This document shows, in pieces, positions 35,228 to 47,301 of a stretch of DNA of 64,000 nt (position 1 is the first letter of the stretch; each line of letters starts with the position of its first letter). The DNA is from Entomortierella parvispora E1425 (taxonomy: Eukaryota > Fungi > Mortierellomycota). A program made the position numbers and the translations under genes. The DNA lies in assembly GCA_020891255.1 (NCBI GenBank), contig BQFW01000005.1, positions 1,240,001-1,304,000 of the forward strand. The letters are read 5' to 3'. Under the pieces are notes generated by a model, which worked only from the letters and a program-made list of their open reading frames with translations, was not told the DNA's origin and searched no databases.

Positions 35228-35617
35228 CTTCTGCAACGCAATTGCTTTTTTTCTTTGGCCTTTGCTCTTGAATACAACATCCCTGTCTCCAAATGGCGCT
35301 AAAAAAAGACAAAAACTGCCCCAGCCCAAAAAAAAAAAAAAAAAAAAGACGAAAGAGGTCGCCCTCTTCACTTTTGACGCGTTCGATATCTGCCCCTCCC
35401 CCTCTCATGTTTTATGATCCCCTAGAGGGTTTGCAGCTGGACATTGGAGTCGAGATCTGGATCGCGAACCCTTCGTTCTCTTTGTCATCATTGTGGTCGT
35501 CTCTCCCGATGGTTGTTCCGGGTCGCAAAGATTATGAAATCAGCCACAGCTTCCGTGCAAGTTCAAATTTGTTCTAGTACAATACATCCCTCTCCTGGTA
35601 ACCTCCACGCGAAGCCA

Positions 35618-36405
35618 TTAATGCTGTAGGTGAACGAATAAGGTCTTTGTTAGTCTGATCGCTAGACTTTTCGAAGTTTGAAGTACCACCAACTGCTTCG
35701 ATAATATCGGCGACGTCTCGTATTTTTCATAATGTTGAAGGCGTTTGTGCAATACTGTACATGTAATGTCTGATTTACGCAAATCTATAGATTTATTGAA
35801 TTGGCCTGCCACAGTGGGACACACCCCTGTTTTCAATGCAGTTGGTTGCCGAGCCAGAGTCCAAACTCCTCAAGAAAGACGTTGAAATCTGTCAGGATAC
35901 CCTCTGGATCGATCCGCTCTTTGTTAATATAGGTGGCCAAAAAGCGGGATGGGGGTCCTTCCATGGAAGAGAACGCATAGTGAATCAGATCCACATCCTT
36001 CCCCAAGGCGACAGGATAGCGAGCACGCTGAGTTATCAGTTTGGACGCAAATACTTCAAAGGACATTGTGCCCTCGAGACCTTTGAATTTGGGAGTGAAA
36101 GGAGGCGGCTCCTCATATTCCTCATAGTCGAGTGCGGGTGGAGTTGACAGGAGCTCAAATAAATCCTCGTTGAGTTTTTGACACGTCTGAGTGGACTCTA
36201 TCTGACTTTTAGCAAGTGCCTGTAGTTGATGTTGGAGGTTGGTTTGGAGTCGAATGGCATGAAGGTCCTGTTCTATCTGCTGGATCTGCTGTTTAGTTGT
36301 AAGAAGTTGGCCCATAACTTCATGGAGATCAGTGGTGGTGCTGTTGAATGTGCCTTCACTACCGAGAAAAGTAGAGCAGGGGGGTTTGGGTAGAAGACTG
36401 GTCAT
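35618..36405 (-). pseudogene. Ty3/Gypsy-like gag (capsid) relic, frameshifted, without pol
   Basis: Coiled coil then PKFKGLEG..FEVFASKL..YP..DLIHYAFSSMEGPPSRF..ILTDFNVFLEEF, resembling a retrotransposon gag capsid; a LKTG-like continuation lies in another frame. No RT/IN or LTR recognised. Confidence 0.6.
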
Positions 36406-37022
36406 GAAGAGCTGAAGAATCGGCGGGGTGGGTGTTTGGGCGACGGGCGATTTGTTGTGGGAAGAGCTGTCAAGAAAGATTTGCGTTGTTGAAGAGAAGA
36501 GAGGAAGAGACGGAAACGAGGGGCTAGATCTGCTGGAGTAGAGACAGAGACCAAGACCAATGGGGCAAGAGGACTGTTGAACGATGGAAGCGGAGATTGA
36601 AAACATGATGGTGGCGCCGAGTGAGGCGGAAGGGGGTGTGTAACTAAGTAGGTAGGTGCTTTTGCAAGTTGAGCACGCCAGTGTTTGAGCAAATGGGCTA
36701 ATATGTTTCCTAGAAGGACGCCTGAGAGTTACCCAGCGTCCATGCTGTTGCAAGTTCCCCGAGGATAAGCTGGCGCCAACGCAATCGACCTGGACGCCTG
36801 CAATGGATCATTGCCGTTACACTATTGCCGTTGACAAGTCGAAACGCCAAGAACAGACAACAGTAGCAAAAAAAAAAAAAAGGAAAAGAAACAAACCAAT
36901 CCTGCGCCCACGCAGTCTGCGCGTCTTTCTGTTTAATGCAGCTCTCATCCATCTTCTACATCATTCATCCATCTTCATTCATTCCATTGTCTTCTTCATC
37001 GTCATCTGCACTCGAATCACAC

Positions 37023-39218
37023 ATGACTCTGGTCGCGCGATTCCGCGCTGCACTTTCTGTTCAGCCTCCGGCACAGCCGGACGACCCGAGTGCATCCCGG
37101 CCGAAAATGACACCTGCCGCTACCACCGCTCTATCAGTCCCAGAGATTCTAGAAGACATCTTTGCCTACCTTGGCCAACCCACTCTCTACGCTTGCACCA
37201 GACTGGTGAGCCGCGACTGGTACATGTGCTCTCAACGGCTACTTCGGCGGGAACTCGTCTGTGACATTCGTGATCCTCAATACGACGGCAACCGCGACGC
37301 GACCCTCGTCGACCAGGGTTTTCAGTCTAAACTACAAAAAACTGAGAGTCTTCATATCATTACTCAATCCATGGACCCGGGCTTCCAGGCAACATGGCAG
37401 AATCTTTGCTCAACTATCTTGTCAAGATTTAAGCCAGTTACAAGTACTGGCGACGGAGCCCCTCCCAGTTCGAATATAAAGGAACTGACGCTGACAGACC
37501 ATTTTAGAATCCATCGTGCCAACTCTTTGGACTTGCATTTACTCCTGCCATCCTTCTGCCATTCATCTTTAACGATCTTACGCCTGACTCTTGGGAACCC
37601 TATCAAAGCCATTCACGTCGATGCATTCTTCCTGTGGCTCCCAAAGCTGGAGATCCTAAACGTCAAATGCAACACGAATATGGCTCGTTCGGGCTGCCTT
37701 TTTGGACTGGAATGGAGTGATGAAGATATTCGATCCATCATCAGCATGGACAGCACCCGAAGCTGGAACTTTAGCTCTGACTGGCGGGATCATCCACGGG
37801 CACAGCCCGCCATCTCCTCCAACCTTCGAGCCTTGCGATTCGAAAAGATTTGTTTCCCGCGTGGAGTTTTGGAGTCCATCCTGGAGCTCTCGCCGCGGTT
37901 GCAGCATCTGCACCTGAAAGATATTTTGTATATTGACGCCGCCCTCTCTTCTGAAATGATGCTACTTCTCGGGCAACATCCGAATCTTGCAAATCTCAAG
38001 ACGCTGGCTCTCCCCATCCCGGAAAATATGACGCGGGAGAGCACCATGGCTCTCGTGGCGCGCTTTGGATCACTCCTTTCGAATTGGAGCTGTAGTGTCG
38101 CTGACTTCAGTCAGTTTGCTTGGGCTCTTTTGCATCCCGGACCAGAGACCCTGCCCTGGAAGAGGACCATGCCCCCACTCCGGACCAACTTTGTGACAGC
38201 GCTCACGCTGAGTACAGGAATCAGGCATGAGATCGAGCAAGAAAAGCACCCACGGATCGGTCCGGCCCTTCATCAGTTCCTCTGTGTCTCGCCTCTGTTA
38301 GAGACACTGGATGCTCGCTCTATTTCGTTCGCGGTTGAAGACTTGGATATCTATGGACAATTCTTTCAAGAAATTTCATCCGGGTCTGACGAGCGGAGGA
38401 CCCAGTCCAAGAAAGCTTGGTTGTGCCAAAGACTGAAGGCTTTGTACATCTCATTCTACTCTCGGACCGGCGCTCGAATGGCTCTATCGCCAGCAGAACA
38501 AAGAAGGCTCGAACTTGAAAACCCACGGAACTCTCGCCTGGTCTTTGGCTATCTGACGCGGTATGCGCCTAACCTGGAAGAGCTCGATATTCAACTTGGG
38601 ATGACCAATATGAACCTGTGCTGGGGACTTCCGATTCTGTGGCGTCTTCAAAAGATAGTGAGGCTGATGGTTTATTTCTTGTGCGAACTTCCAGAGACGA
38701 CTGCAGAAGAAGAGATACAATGGCTTCAAGTTGGAGGGTTACCACCCTTGGACAAGCAAGGCAAGGTTTCGGCGACAATGGAGTCGGGAGAAAAGATTGT
38801 GTCTAAATGGAGTGAGGGCTATAGTTGGGGAGATATGGAGCTGGTTGGTGATAATGAGGACGATAGAGAGTTTAGCGTGTGTGCAGGCACAGGCATAGAC
38901 AAGACTTTTGACAGATCCTCATCTTCGTGGGATCCAAAACTGGCCATGATGGGCACCATAGAGGACGTGATTCTTGCCTTGGATGAGATACGCCAGTATG
39001 ACCAAAATCTCCTGGAGCAACAGCACCAAGAGGCTACCCGACAGAGACACCGCTGGCCTTCTTTCTCGAAAGGGAATCAGCCAACTCGGATGAAGCGCTG
39101 GCCAGAAATGACGGGTCTCTGTCTTCGGGACATGCACAATCGGGCGTCACCTCTGGCCGTCACAGTACAACATTTGGCAGGCTTGACCAAAGAGAACAAC
39201 ACTTGCAGATATTATTGA
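37023..39218 (+). CDS. F-box-like / RNI-like LRR protein
   Basis: ALSVPEILEDIFAYLGQPTLYACTRLVSRDWY (F-box-like); LRR-like segments; AWLCQRLKAL and SRLVFGYLTRYAPNLEELDI blocks. Confidence 0.8.
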   Translation: MTLVARFRAALSVQPPAQPDDPSASRPKMTPAATTALSVPEILEDIFAYLGQPTLYACTRLVSRDWYMCSQRLLRRELVCDIRDPQYDGNRDATLVDQGFQSKLQKTESLHIITQSMDPGFQATWQNLCSTILSRFKPVTSTGDGAPPSSNIKELTLTDHFRIHRANSLDLHLLLPSFCHSSLTILRLTLGNPIKAIHVDAFFLWLPKLEILNVKCNTNMARSGCLFGLEWSDEDIRSIISMDSTRSWNFSSDWRDHPRAQPAISSNLRALRFEKICFPRGVLESILELSPRLQHLHLKDILYIDAALSSEMMLLLGQHPNLANLKTLALPIPENMTRESTMALVARFGSLLSNWSCSVADFSQFAWALLHPGPETLPWKRTMPPLRTNFVTALTLSTGIRHEIEQEKHPRIGPALHQFLCVSPLLETLDARSISFAVEDLDIYGQFFQEISSGSDERRTQSKKAWLCQRLKALYISFYSRTGARMALSPAEQRRLELENPRNSRLVFGYLTRYAPNLEELDIQLGMTNMNLCWGLPILWRLQKIVRLMVYFLCELPETTAEEEIQWLQVGGLPPLDKQGKVSATMESGEKIVSKWSEGYSWGDMELVGDNEDDREFSVCAGTGIDKTFDRSSSSWDPKLAMMGTIEDVILALDEIRQYDQNLLEQQHQEATRQRHRWPSFSKGNQPTRMKRWPEMTGLCLRDMHNRASPLAVTVQHLAGLTKENNTCRYY

Positions 39219-39257
39219 ACTACGACAAGAGACTAGAATAAAGACCTTAAGACCTAT

Positions 39258-40693
39258 TTAACTCGCTGCCAAATTTCCATCAACTGTGTAGAGGGCTCTA
39301 TTTTTACTGTAGCCCCATTTTTGTACAAGGTTTTTGAAGTCATCGGCCTTAACCAAACTACCAGGCTTTCGAGATCTCCGAAGCTTTTCTAATATGCGGA
39401 TCGCCTTCTCCACAGACGAGACTGCGCCAGTGACTACTGCACATCGCAGAGCTCTTATGATCAGCCTCCTATTAAGAAAATGGTAGCTGTACTGCGTAAA
39501 CTTTGGATCACTCCATACCGGGCCGTGGGTTTTGATCAAGGACTCTATGGACGGTTCCCCCATCCACCCTTGCGTCCACTCGGTCCATATATCCGGTATT
39601 GAAACAATTTCCCGAATGGGAATAGGGAATGAGTCCTTCTTGGAGTCCGTAGAAGATACTGTCGGATGTTGCAGAGCCAATGCTTGTAGAGCGCGACTGT
39701 TCTTGATGTCGGACAATGATGACAAGGTACCGCCTGCTTTCTGCAGGCTTTCCTGGTCTCGTGATCCGCGAGGACTATGGGACACGGGTGAGTTGAGAAG
39801 CTTGCTCTCCTTGATGACTTCCTCATGAGTGTGTCTTGAGGATTTAGAAGGTGGTTTTTTCTCCAGAACGCGTCCTAATGGTCTAGTTTTCTGAAGTTGT
39901 TGCGGTTTTTTTGACTTTTGTTCAGAAGTTACAGGGCCGTTGGAAATTGGACTAGTGGGTGTCGGCAAGGAATGGGAGGACATGGATAGGGGCAGCGATG
40001 AGCTGACTGGCTCTTCTTTGACCCCTGTGGTGGACGATCGAAGGCGAGAGTGTCCTTCTGGAGCGTCAGTGGCCAGAGAGGTCCTAGAGAGCAAGGCTCT
40101 TTTGGCGGTAGGTGATAGTATATGGGACGATGCTTGTCGTTTGAATCTTTCGGAGCTAGCGACAGAAGCCATTGGTTCTGCCGTTGTTACCGTCACGTCC
40201 TCGATCTTCATTGTCGGCATGGTGGCTAGATCTCGCGTGGCAGAGACTGGCGGGCTCTTTGGTTGAGCAGAAGTTTGAGACTGCATCCTGGCCCTGTATC
40301 GGAGTACCGGTTCAATAAAGACGGTTCTTCCACAAAATGGCTTCCCCTTTGTTGGATCCCGACGGATCCTCTCGTTCAAGGCTGCCTCCATCGGTAGGAC
40401 AAACTCGCGGGTGAACTCGACCATTTGCTCTCTGGTGGGTATCCTCTCCAAGCCCTTGTCATCGCACCACTCCTGAAAGGGAAAGAAGACGAGTTAAATC
40501 ACTAATAATTCCTTTTACTTGTAGTGTACTAGACCATCCGGGAAGGGAACTTTGACCGCCTTACCTGCCAATAGACAAGACCTTTGTCTTCCTCGGCCAA
40601 GGCGGCCCGCCGAGCTTCGCGATGGAGGTCCCTGTCGAGTTCATGGACGTCCTCATTTGGGGAGATTCGTGGGCTGGTGGTGATTACAGTCAT
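39258..40693 (-). CDS. GCR1_C-family paralog 6 retaining only the second (C-terminal) domain
   Basis: Exon 1 40693-40565 (LAEEDKGLVYWQ|GTAAG), exon 2 from 40472 (CAG|EWCDDKG); FPIPIREIVSIPDIWTEWTQGWMGEPSIESL present, no TVxxxLxEWRxG copy. Confidence 0.8.
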
Positions 40694-41314
40694 GAGGACA
40701 AGGATGAGGTGATTGAGTGACGACAGAGGGTAAGAATGCCAAGAGCAATGGAGACCTAAGTGCACATCCGGCTGGTTGATTGGAACATGCGAATCCAGGT
40801 CAGACTGCATGGTCCATCACACCGCACGCTTGGGGGTAGTTGCTTAAGGGGCCCCTTTAGTTCTGTTGACTCCCTTGTCCCTGTGCGGCTGGGGCGACAT
40901 CCCTGCAGCTCGAGAATGGGTCAAGGGTTCGTTCTTTGGGCCACGGAAGCAGGAGTGTCCGAATGGTGGTTTGCTCATCTAAAGACATGAGATATGAATA
41001 TATGAACGTGCTCGAGAGTCGCGACTTTGGATAGGATGCACGCGTCTTTCCGGTTCTGAATCTGGCAGCTGCGCGTGTGAACTTCTTTCGGCCCCCTCCC
41101 GTCTTCCCGAGCAAAAACAAAAGAACAGAAAAGAAGGGACAGGGCTCTCATCATCTCATGCATGCAACAACGGCTGAAAAAAAAGTGACCGACTTGAGTT
41201 GGGCAAGGGGCATATTTTTTTTTCTTTTTCTTTTTCATTTTCTTTTTCTTTCTCTTCTTCCTGTTGGCCATCCTTCTTTCCTTTCCTTTGCTCATTTTTA
41301 TTCACCTCAAGAAA

Positions 41315-44300
41315 ATGAAAAAACTGCCGAATGCCAGGATTTTTCAAGCCGTTCAGCATTCGGCGTCTCAGGAACAACACAATATCTCCACTGTAACCGA
41401 CCCTGTGACAGGAGACCAGGTTGTGCTGTGGGATGATGTTCTTCTCGTCTTTGAGGATGCTCGATTTGCCCGGGACCATGTGGCGACAATCCCTTTCCTT
41501 CGGGGAGATAACTTTCAAGAGTGAGCACCTTCAGGAAGGCATTGCCGTTATAACAGGGAAGAGGAGAGGACTAACTTTTTCTTTGTTTTTGATCTTTCTT
41601 TTTATTTTTTCCAAGGTTGGTTCCGCGGAGGATTGCACATTACCCGGATACCGTATTAGAGATTGTACTCAAAGGAGAAACCTCAAGACAAAGCAGTGCC
41701 TCATCATCATCAATTGCAGAACGGCCGGCTGTTCCTGTTCGCTCCCCAGACCGCTCTAGCGGAACATCCTCTTCAGTGGGAGGATCGAATGTCTATTCAG
41801 CGAGACCAGCCATCTGCTGCCAGCACGAAAACAATGAGATTCCTTTTACCAGTGGCTCAGCTGGATCAATGCAGTGTACAGAGGAGATAACATCCTCCCC
41901 TACTCAGCACACTGAATCACTTCGAACGCCTCCGTCCTCACCACCTGGATACACTTCTTCCAACCATTCACATCATAGACACGAAGAAGAGGAGCATCTT
42001 CCGATTTACACAACCACTGTTGCACCACCTTCAGCAAGAGCAGTTGAAACTCAGAGCAGTTCGCGGTTCAAACACGACAAGAGTTGGCACGGCCTCGTCG
42101 CCAGTGCTGTTTTCTTCAACAAACTCCAAATATCTGACTCTGCCTTGGACTCGGATAACAGCCAGGACGCCAAGGCGTTAGGACAGTTTCAAGAGGACCT
42201 CAACCCAAAAGCACAACAGTCACTGATCTACATCCTTCAACTCTACGATCGTCATTTCCAAGCCCTCCAAGGAGGACAAATCGCACAAGCGAAGGGAATC
42301 AAGGAAGATATGAACAGACACTATGAGGATCTTAAGTCCGAGATGGAAAAGAACGGGGTCCTGAGTGCTCAATTGCTAGAGATGCAGACTCGGATGACCA
42401 AGATGCAGACCGAGATGTCCAAGGCCCAACAGCAGATGCTAGACATGCAACAATTGACGTTGGATCGACTGGCAAACATGCAGACAAAGATCAAGGCGTT
42501 GCTCACGCAAACCTATGAGCTGCACGAGTACCCGATTCCCAGACTCTTTATTGTTCTTCCCAAGGTAGTTCGCAGACGGGACAAGATCATGAGCCCATTC
42601 ACAGATCAGTTCAGATTGTACTTTTTGTGCGAATGTGGCAAACACACGACCAAAGACGGTGTCAAGGCTATCGACCAGGTCCATATGGCCAAGCACGAGG
42701 GGTACGATATTGACCGACCGACAGCGTTCTTTCAAAAGTATGGACCTTATGTCCTTGCCATGATGCAGATGCTCAAGATCGGGATTTCAGTGGCAGGGGT
42801 GATTGTCCCCCAGTTGGCCCATTTCGAGATCACGGAAACTCTCGACAAAGCCCAAAAGGCACTTGGATTCAGTGAAGAAAACATCAACTTTTTGGTTGAT
42901 CACACCATCTCCTATATTGAGGGTCAGAACAGGAACGACAATGGTGGGATAACTATGGACCTTGGGGACAATAGCGAAACCCAGAACTTTGATCAGCTCG
43001 AAGCTCTCGAAGGAGTGGAGCTAGGGCAACTACAATCCTTTCTGACTGCTTCGGACAAAGGGCGAGTCTTGGGCAACCTGTACAGGACGGTGACTGATGA
43101 CGGCCATGTCAAATGGGTCTGTCGCGACCATTTCCGAGCCAATTACCGCGAGTCTGCCCAAAAGAGCTTCTTGAGGATTGTGCAAGAGAACGGTGGCAGC
43201 TTTGACGAGGATCTGGGATCACTCACCATCATCTTGAGCAGTAGAACTGTGGCAAAAGTTTTCTATGCCGCCTTGGCAGAGGCACGCGGCGTGAATGAAT
43301 TGGACATCTATCTCTCCTGGGAGGTGTCCATGGACGACTTGAGGACATTTGCGACGGCCTTGATCAATTCCAAGGTCGTATCTCTCACGTTCCAATGCTT
43401 CAGTGCATCTTCCTCCTTTGCAGACATTGCCAACAGGAACCGTCGATTCACGCCATTGATCCAAATGCTCGCCAATGGTCGACTTCAGTCCGTTCGGTTC
43501 AGGGGCGATTTACCCCTCTTTGATCGGGTCGAGATGTCTTCGATCTTGCCTGCGCCTCGCCTTCGTCTCTTGAGACTTCGATTCCCTACCATCCCCACTG
43601 CTTCCGGTCTTGATGCACTCTGCAGAACGTTGCAGCGCTGTATAGGTCTGAAGAATCTCGAGCTCCATTTCCCTCGAGCCTTTGAGGGCCAACTCCTTGC
43701 TTCCTTCATCGAGCGACTGTTGCTTTCAGGAAATCATCTGGAACATCTGACGGTGTCCAGCTGGGAATGGGCCAACCTCTGCCTGTTCGAGAGACAAGTA
43801 AAGCTTCTAAAGAGGACTCATGCAGGAGGTGAAAATGGATTTAGGCTGCAGACCTTGATTTTGATCGAGCCCTCCGCACACGAGTCGCAGTGGAGGCTGA
43901 CCTTTGGCGTCGATGTCTCTGCCACCGAGGTAGCGACCCTAGGCAAGACCGACACCCCTCAATATTTGCTCCAGTCCAGTATTCTCAGGAGCAAAGGACA
44001 TCTTTTGGAGGCTATGGATATCATGCATGTGGAAATAGGTCCACTATTGGTCCGGTTGATCAAGACCCAAGTAGACAAGAACAACGGACTCTCGAACCTC
44101 AAGTCGGTTCGTGTGTCCACTACGGGCATGGAGGTTGCTACCATCGACCCGCTGTGGTCCATCATTGAGAGATCTCTTCAACTGGAAGTGTTCCAGCTGA
44201 TCATGGCCAAGCATTGGGATGGAGCTGGTAGTTTGACAAACCAAGTCTTTGATCGCTTTGCGCCCATTGCTACCGAAATCCAGCTGCAAGGGGATCTGTC

Positions 44301-44961
44301 TTGGATAGGAGAGACGATGGACAGACGATTCCTCCCAAAGATGACCAGTCTTTGCTGGAAGCCTCGGGGCTCTTTGGTCGCCAATTGGGACGAGGAAGCA
44401 TCCGGAGCGTATGCCAGTCTCCACAGATCCAAAAATTCCGACCAAGGGGCAACAGAGAGGGAGCTGGCCACGGACAGCCTTTCCAGACTGCTCAAGTTGA
44501 TTGCCACGCCTGATTCCCTTTCTCCTTCCTCCTCCTCCTCCTCCTCCTTGCCTACAGCTTGCAACACTCAGATCGCTCCACTCCGGAGCCTGGAGTTCTA
44601 CCCTGCGGATTTCGAAATGAGTGAATGGGAGCGTCTTTTTCAAGTCCTGGATTTTTCAACACTGGAGTATCTTGGACTGGCGAATTCCAACTTTAGTGAA
44701 AAGCACTTTGAGCTCTTGTTGGACAGCATCGAGAACAGTACAGCGTGTCGAGGCGGGGTCGATGGGTCGAATGTAGTGGCCCTCAAGCAATTGGATATTG
44801 TTGGGTCTACACTCGGCAGCGACTCCCCTGAGGGCCTCCAGGAGCGACTCTGGGCCCGAGCGCCCAAGGCCGAACTGGTGGAGGAATTTAAGAGGATCCA
44901 GACCGAGGATCGATTTGGGGCCTTTGCCCGTCTTGAAACAGAGTGGACTTCACCATGGTAA
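41315..44961 (+). CDS. Large protein with an N-terminal globular domain, coiled coil, YELHEYPIPRLF domain and C-terminal LRR-like region
   Basis: Exon 41315-41520 (DPVTGDQVVLWDDV...FLRGDNFQE|GTGAG; start tentative) spliced to 41616; Q/M-rich coiled coil; LLTQTYELHEYPIPRLFIVLP, FLCECGKH, HEGYDIDRPTAFFQKYG; LxxLxL repeats. Confidence 0.8.
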
Positions 44962-45134
44962 ATGAGGATGGTCAGTTTTTTTGTATCCCTGAATGCAACC
45001 AAACAATAAAAAAATCATGTATGAACTTTGCCCCGAGCACACCGCCGCAGCATGCAGCATGCAGCCATGCAACCAACCAACAAAGGAAAGAGATTCATTC
45101 CTCTCCTTCCCCATTCCCCCATTCCTCATTCACA

Positions 45135-46807
45135 ATGCACTCCTCACCCACTCTCAATCCTCTGTACTTGCCAGAGATCATCTTTCACCTAGGCCCATTC
45201 CTCGCCAACAAGTCCCTCTGCGCCTGCATTCAGGTCTCCTGGGCATGGTACCACGCTTTTCACCCCCTGCTTTGGTTCCACGTCCGCCTTGCCTCGAAGG
45301 ACATAGCCAGCCCCCCCCATCCCTCTCTCCTTCCTGACCCATACCCGAGAAGACCTTTCTTCATCTCCAAAAGAATGCTGCTTTGACCCAATCCTTATCC
45401 ATCCACCAGCTCCATGACACGAACGACAATCGCTTCCTCGACCTGATGTTCCCTCAACTTCACAATCTTCGCATCGTCATTAATGACTCTCGCGACAACT
45501 CTCAAGCCAGAAAGCAGGCCACAGCCATGGTGGCACGACAGGCGGCTGGACTTCACTCCTTAACTTTGGTGAATGTGATACACTACTCCAGAGTCTGGAA
45601 GGTCTTGCACGCTGTCGCGATCCATCCGAGTCGGCTCCGTGTCCTGACCCTGAGGAACGTCACCTTTTTTCTGGATCACTGGAATCCTGATCACCGAGAG
45701 CTTTTTTCGCGGCTTGAGGCCCTGCGCCTGGACAACAGTTTGCTCTGGTTCCGACAGGACTTTGCGGAGGGTGTCCCAGATGCTCACTTTTTTGCCCCGA
45801 TTGAAGAAGAAGGTTCGGTCGAAGACTCGTTGGTAAAGCGAGGCCAGTACTGGAAACCCTTGCCAGACATCAAGATTCAACATCTCTCAATGAACAACCC
45901 TTACGTGACCAAGGAACAGTACCTTTTCTTGCTTGACTGCCGAGAATTGCGCTCGCTTCAATGGGTAAAAGAGCAGGCTGGGGAGCGAGGAAACATAAAA
46001 CCGGCCCTGGCCAAATGGTTGAGAGAAGGTCAATGGCCGTTCCTGGAGAGACTTGAAATCGTGATGACCCAGTTCTCGGATCAAGAGCTGGCCGAGATCC
46101 TGGAGGCGATGCCTCGACCGCTCAAGACTCTACGCATGGACAAGACTGCGTTTGCAGAGGCGAGCACACGAGCGCTGCTAGAATCTGGAGAGGGTCATCA
46201 TCGAAAGAGTCTGGAGAGTCTTTCACTGGTGGGCTGTGCTGATTTACAAGGATCGATGGTCCAACAGTTTCTGTGCGAGATGCCGCGTTTAAGGAAATTA
46301 CATGCACGCGTTTTGACTGATCAGGATATGGCAAAAGACCCTCGACCATGGGTGTGTCAAAATATGAGATATCTTCAAGTCGGCTTTGTCTATCAGCTCT
46401 TGTCCGAGAACAGCGCGGAGCAACCGGTAGAGGTTGCTTCAGAGGGTCAGCTACCAAGGTCGGCTCTTTTCGATCGTCTTGCCGGCCTTTCCAATCTTCA
46501 TACTCTGGGGTTCATGAACTCGCAACCTGTGGAGGAGCGTACGGGGGCCCAGCGAAAGCATACGACTAGGCCGGACTTTCACAAACTTTTGATCCAAAAC
46601 GGCCTAGACGTCCTGAAGTCCTTGACAGGCTTGCAATTCTTGCTGTTTGGAGAGACCGATCAGGATCTGACGTCGGAGGAAGCTCAATGGATGGTCGACC
46701 ATTGGCCCAGATTACGCGTTGTTGCAGTGAGTCGAGCCAGCAATAACAAGGAGACAAAGATCCAACTCCGTGCTTTCTTTCAAAGCCATGGCATAAATTC
46801 CACGTGA
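45135..46807 (+). pseudogene. F-box-like / LRR gene with an apparent 1-nt frameshift near 45340 (pseudogene or sequencing error)
   Basis: MHSSPTLNPLYLPEIIFHLGPFL (F-box-like) stops at 45386. The continuation IPEKTFLHLQKNAALTQSL...NGLDVLKSL...WMVDHWPRL is in a different frame from 45338, with no plausible intron between them. Confidence 0.7.
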
Positions 46808-47079
46808 ATGCAAAAGGTCACATTGACAGAACAGAGTCAAGCTGTAGGATATTAACATTTTTGGCACGTCGAGGAGCCATCCTCTTCCAATTCACGACCA
46901 TCCTCTCGTTTTTATTCGTGTTTGAATTCAATTCAAAGAACCTTTCTCGGACGCGAAGTCTGTCGTTTACATTAGTGCATTTTATTACAATAAGATCCGC
47001 TTTCTACGCGACCTCATCGTTCTCCCATGACTGTCTATTAGTTTCCTTTCTGCGCCAGCCCCATGTTTTATCTTGGCGT

Positions 47080-47250
47080 CTAAACGACACCCCGTAGATC
47101 GCCCACTGCTCTCGGGAAACAACCTCTGCCTTCCCTGCACATTGTTATCAAGTTGTTCCGGGCTTGGTCGTGTCCCTGGTCGGAAGCTTTTTTATACCAT
47201 TCCAATGCATACTTTGCCTCCTTTGAATTCCATTTGGCAATGGCAAGGCC
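47080..47250 (-). pseudogene. Isolated SEL1-like repeat remnant
   Basis: KYALEWYKKASDQGHDQARNNLITMCREGRG matches the SEL1 pattern AxxWYxKAAxQGxxxAxxNLGxMYxxGxG. Confidence 0.55.
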
Positions 47251-47301
47251 CAATGATCGTTCACCCAAGAGACATGAAAAAATGGTGAAAGATAACATAC
47301 T

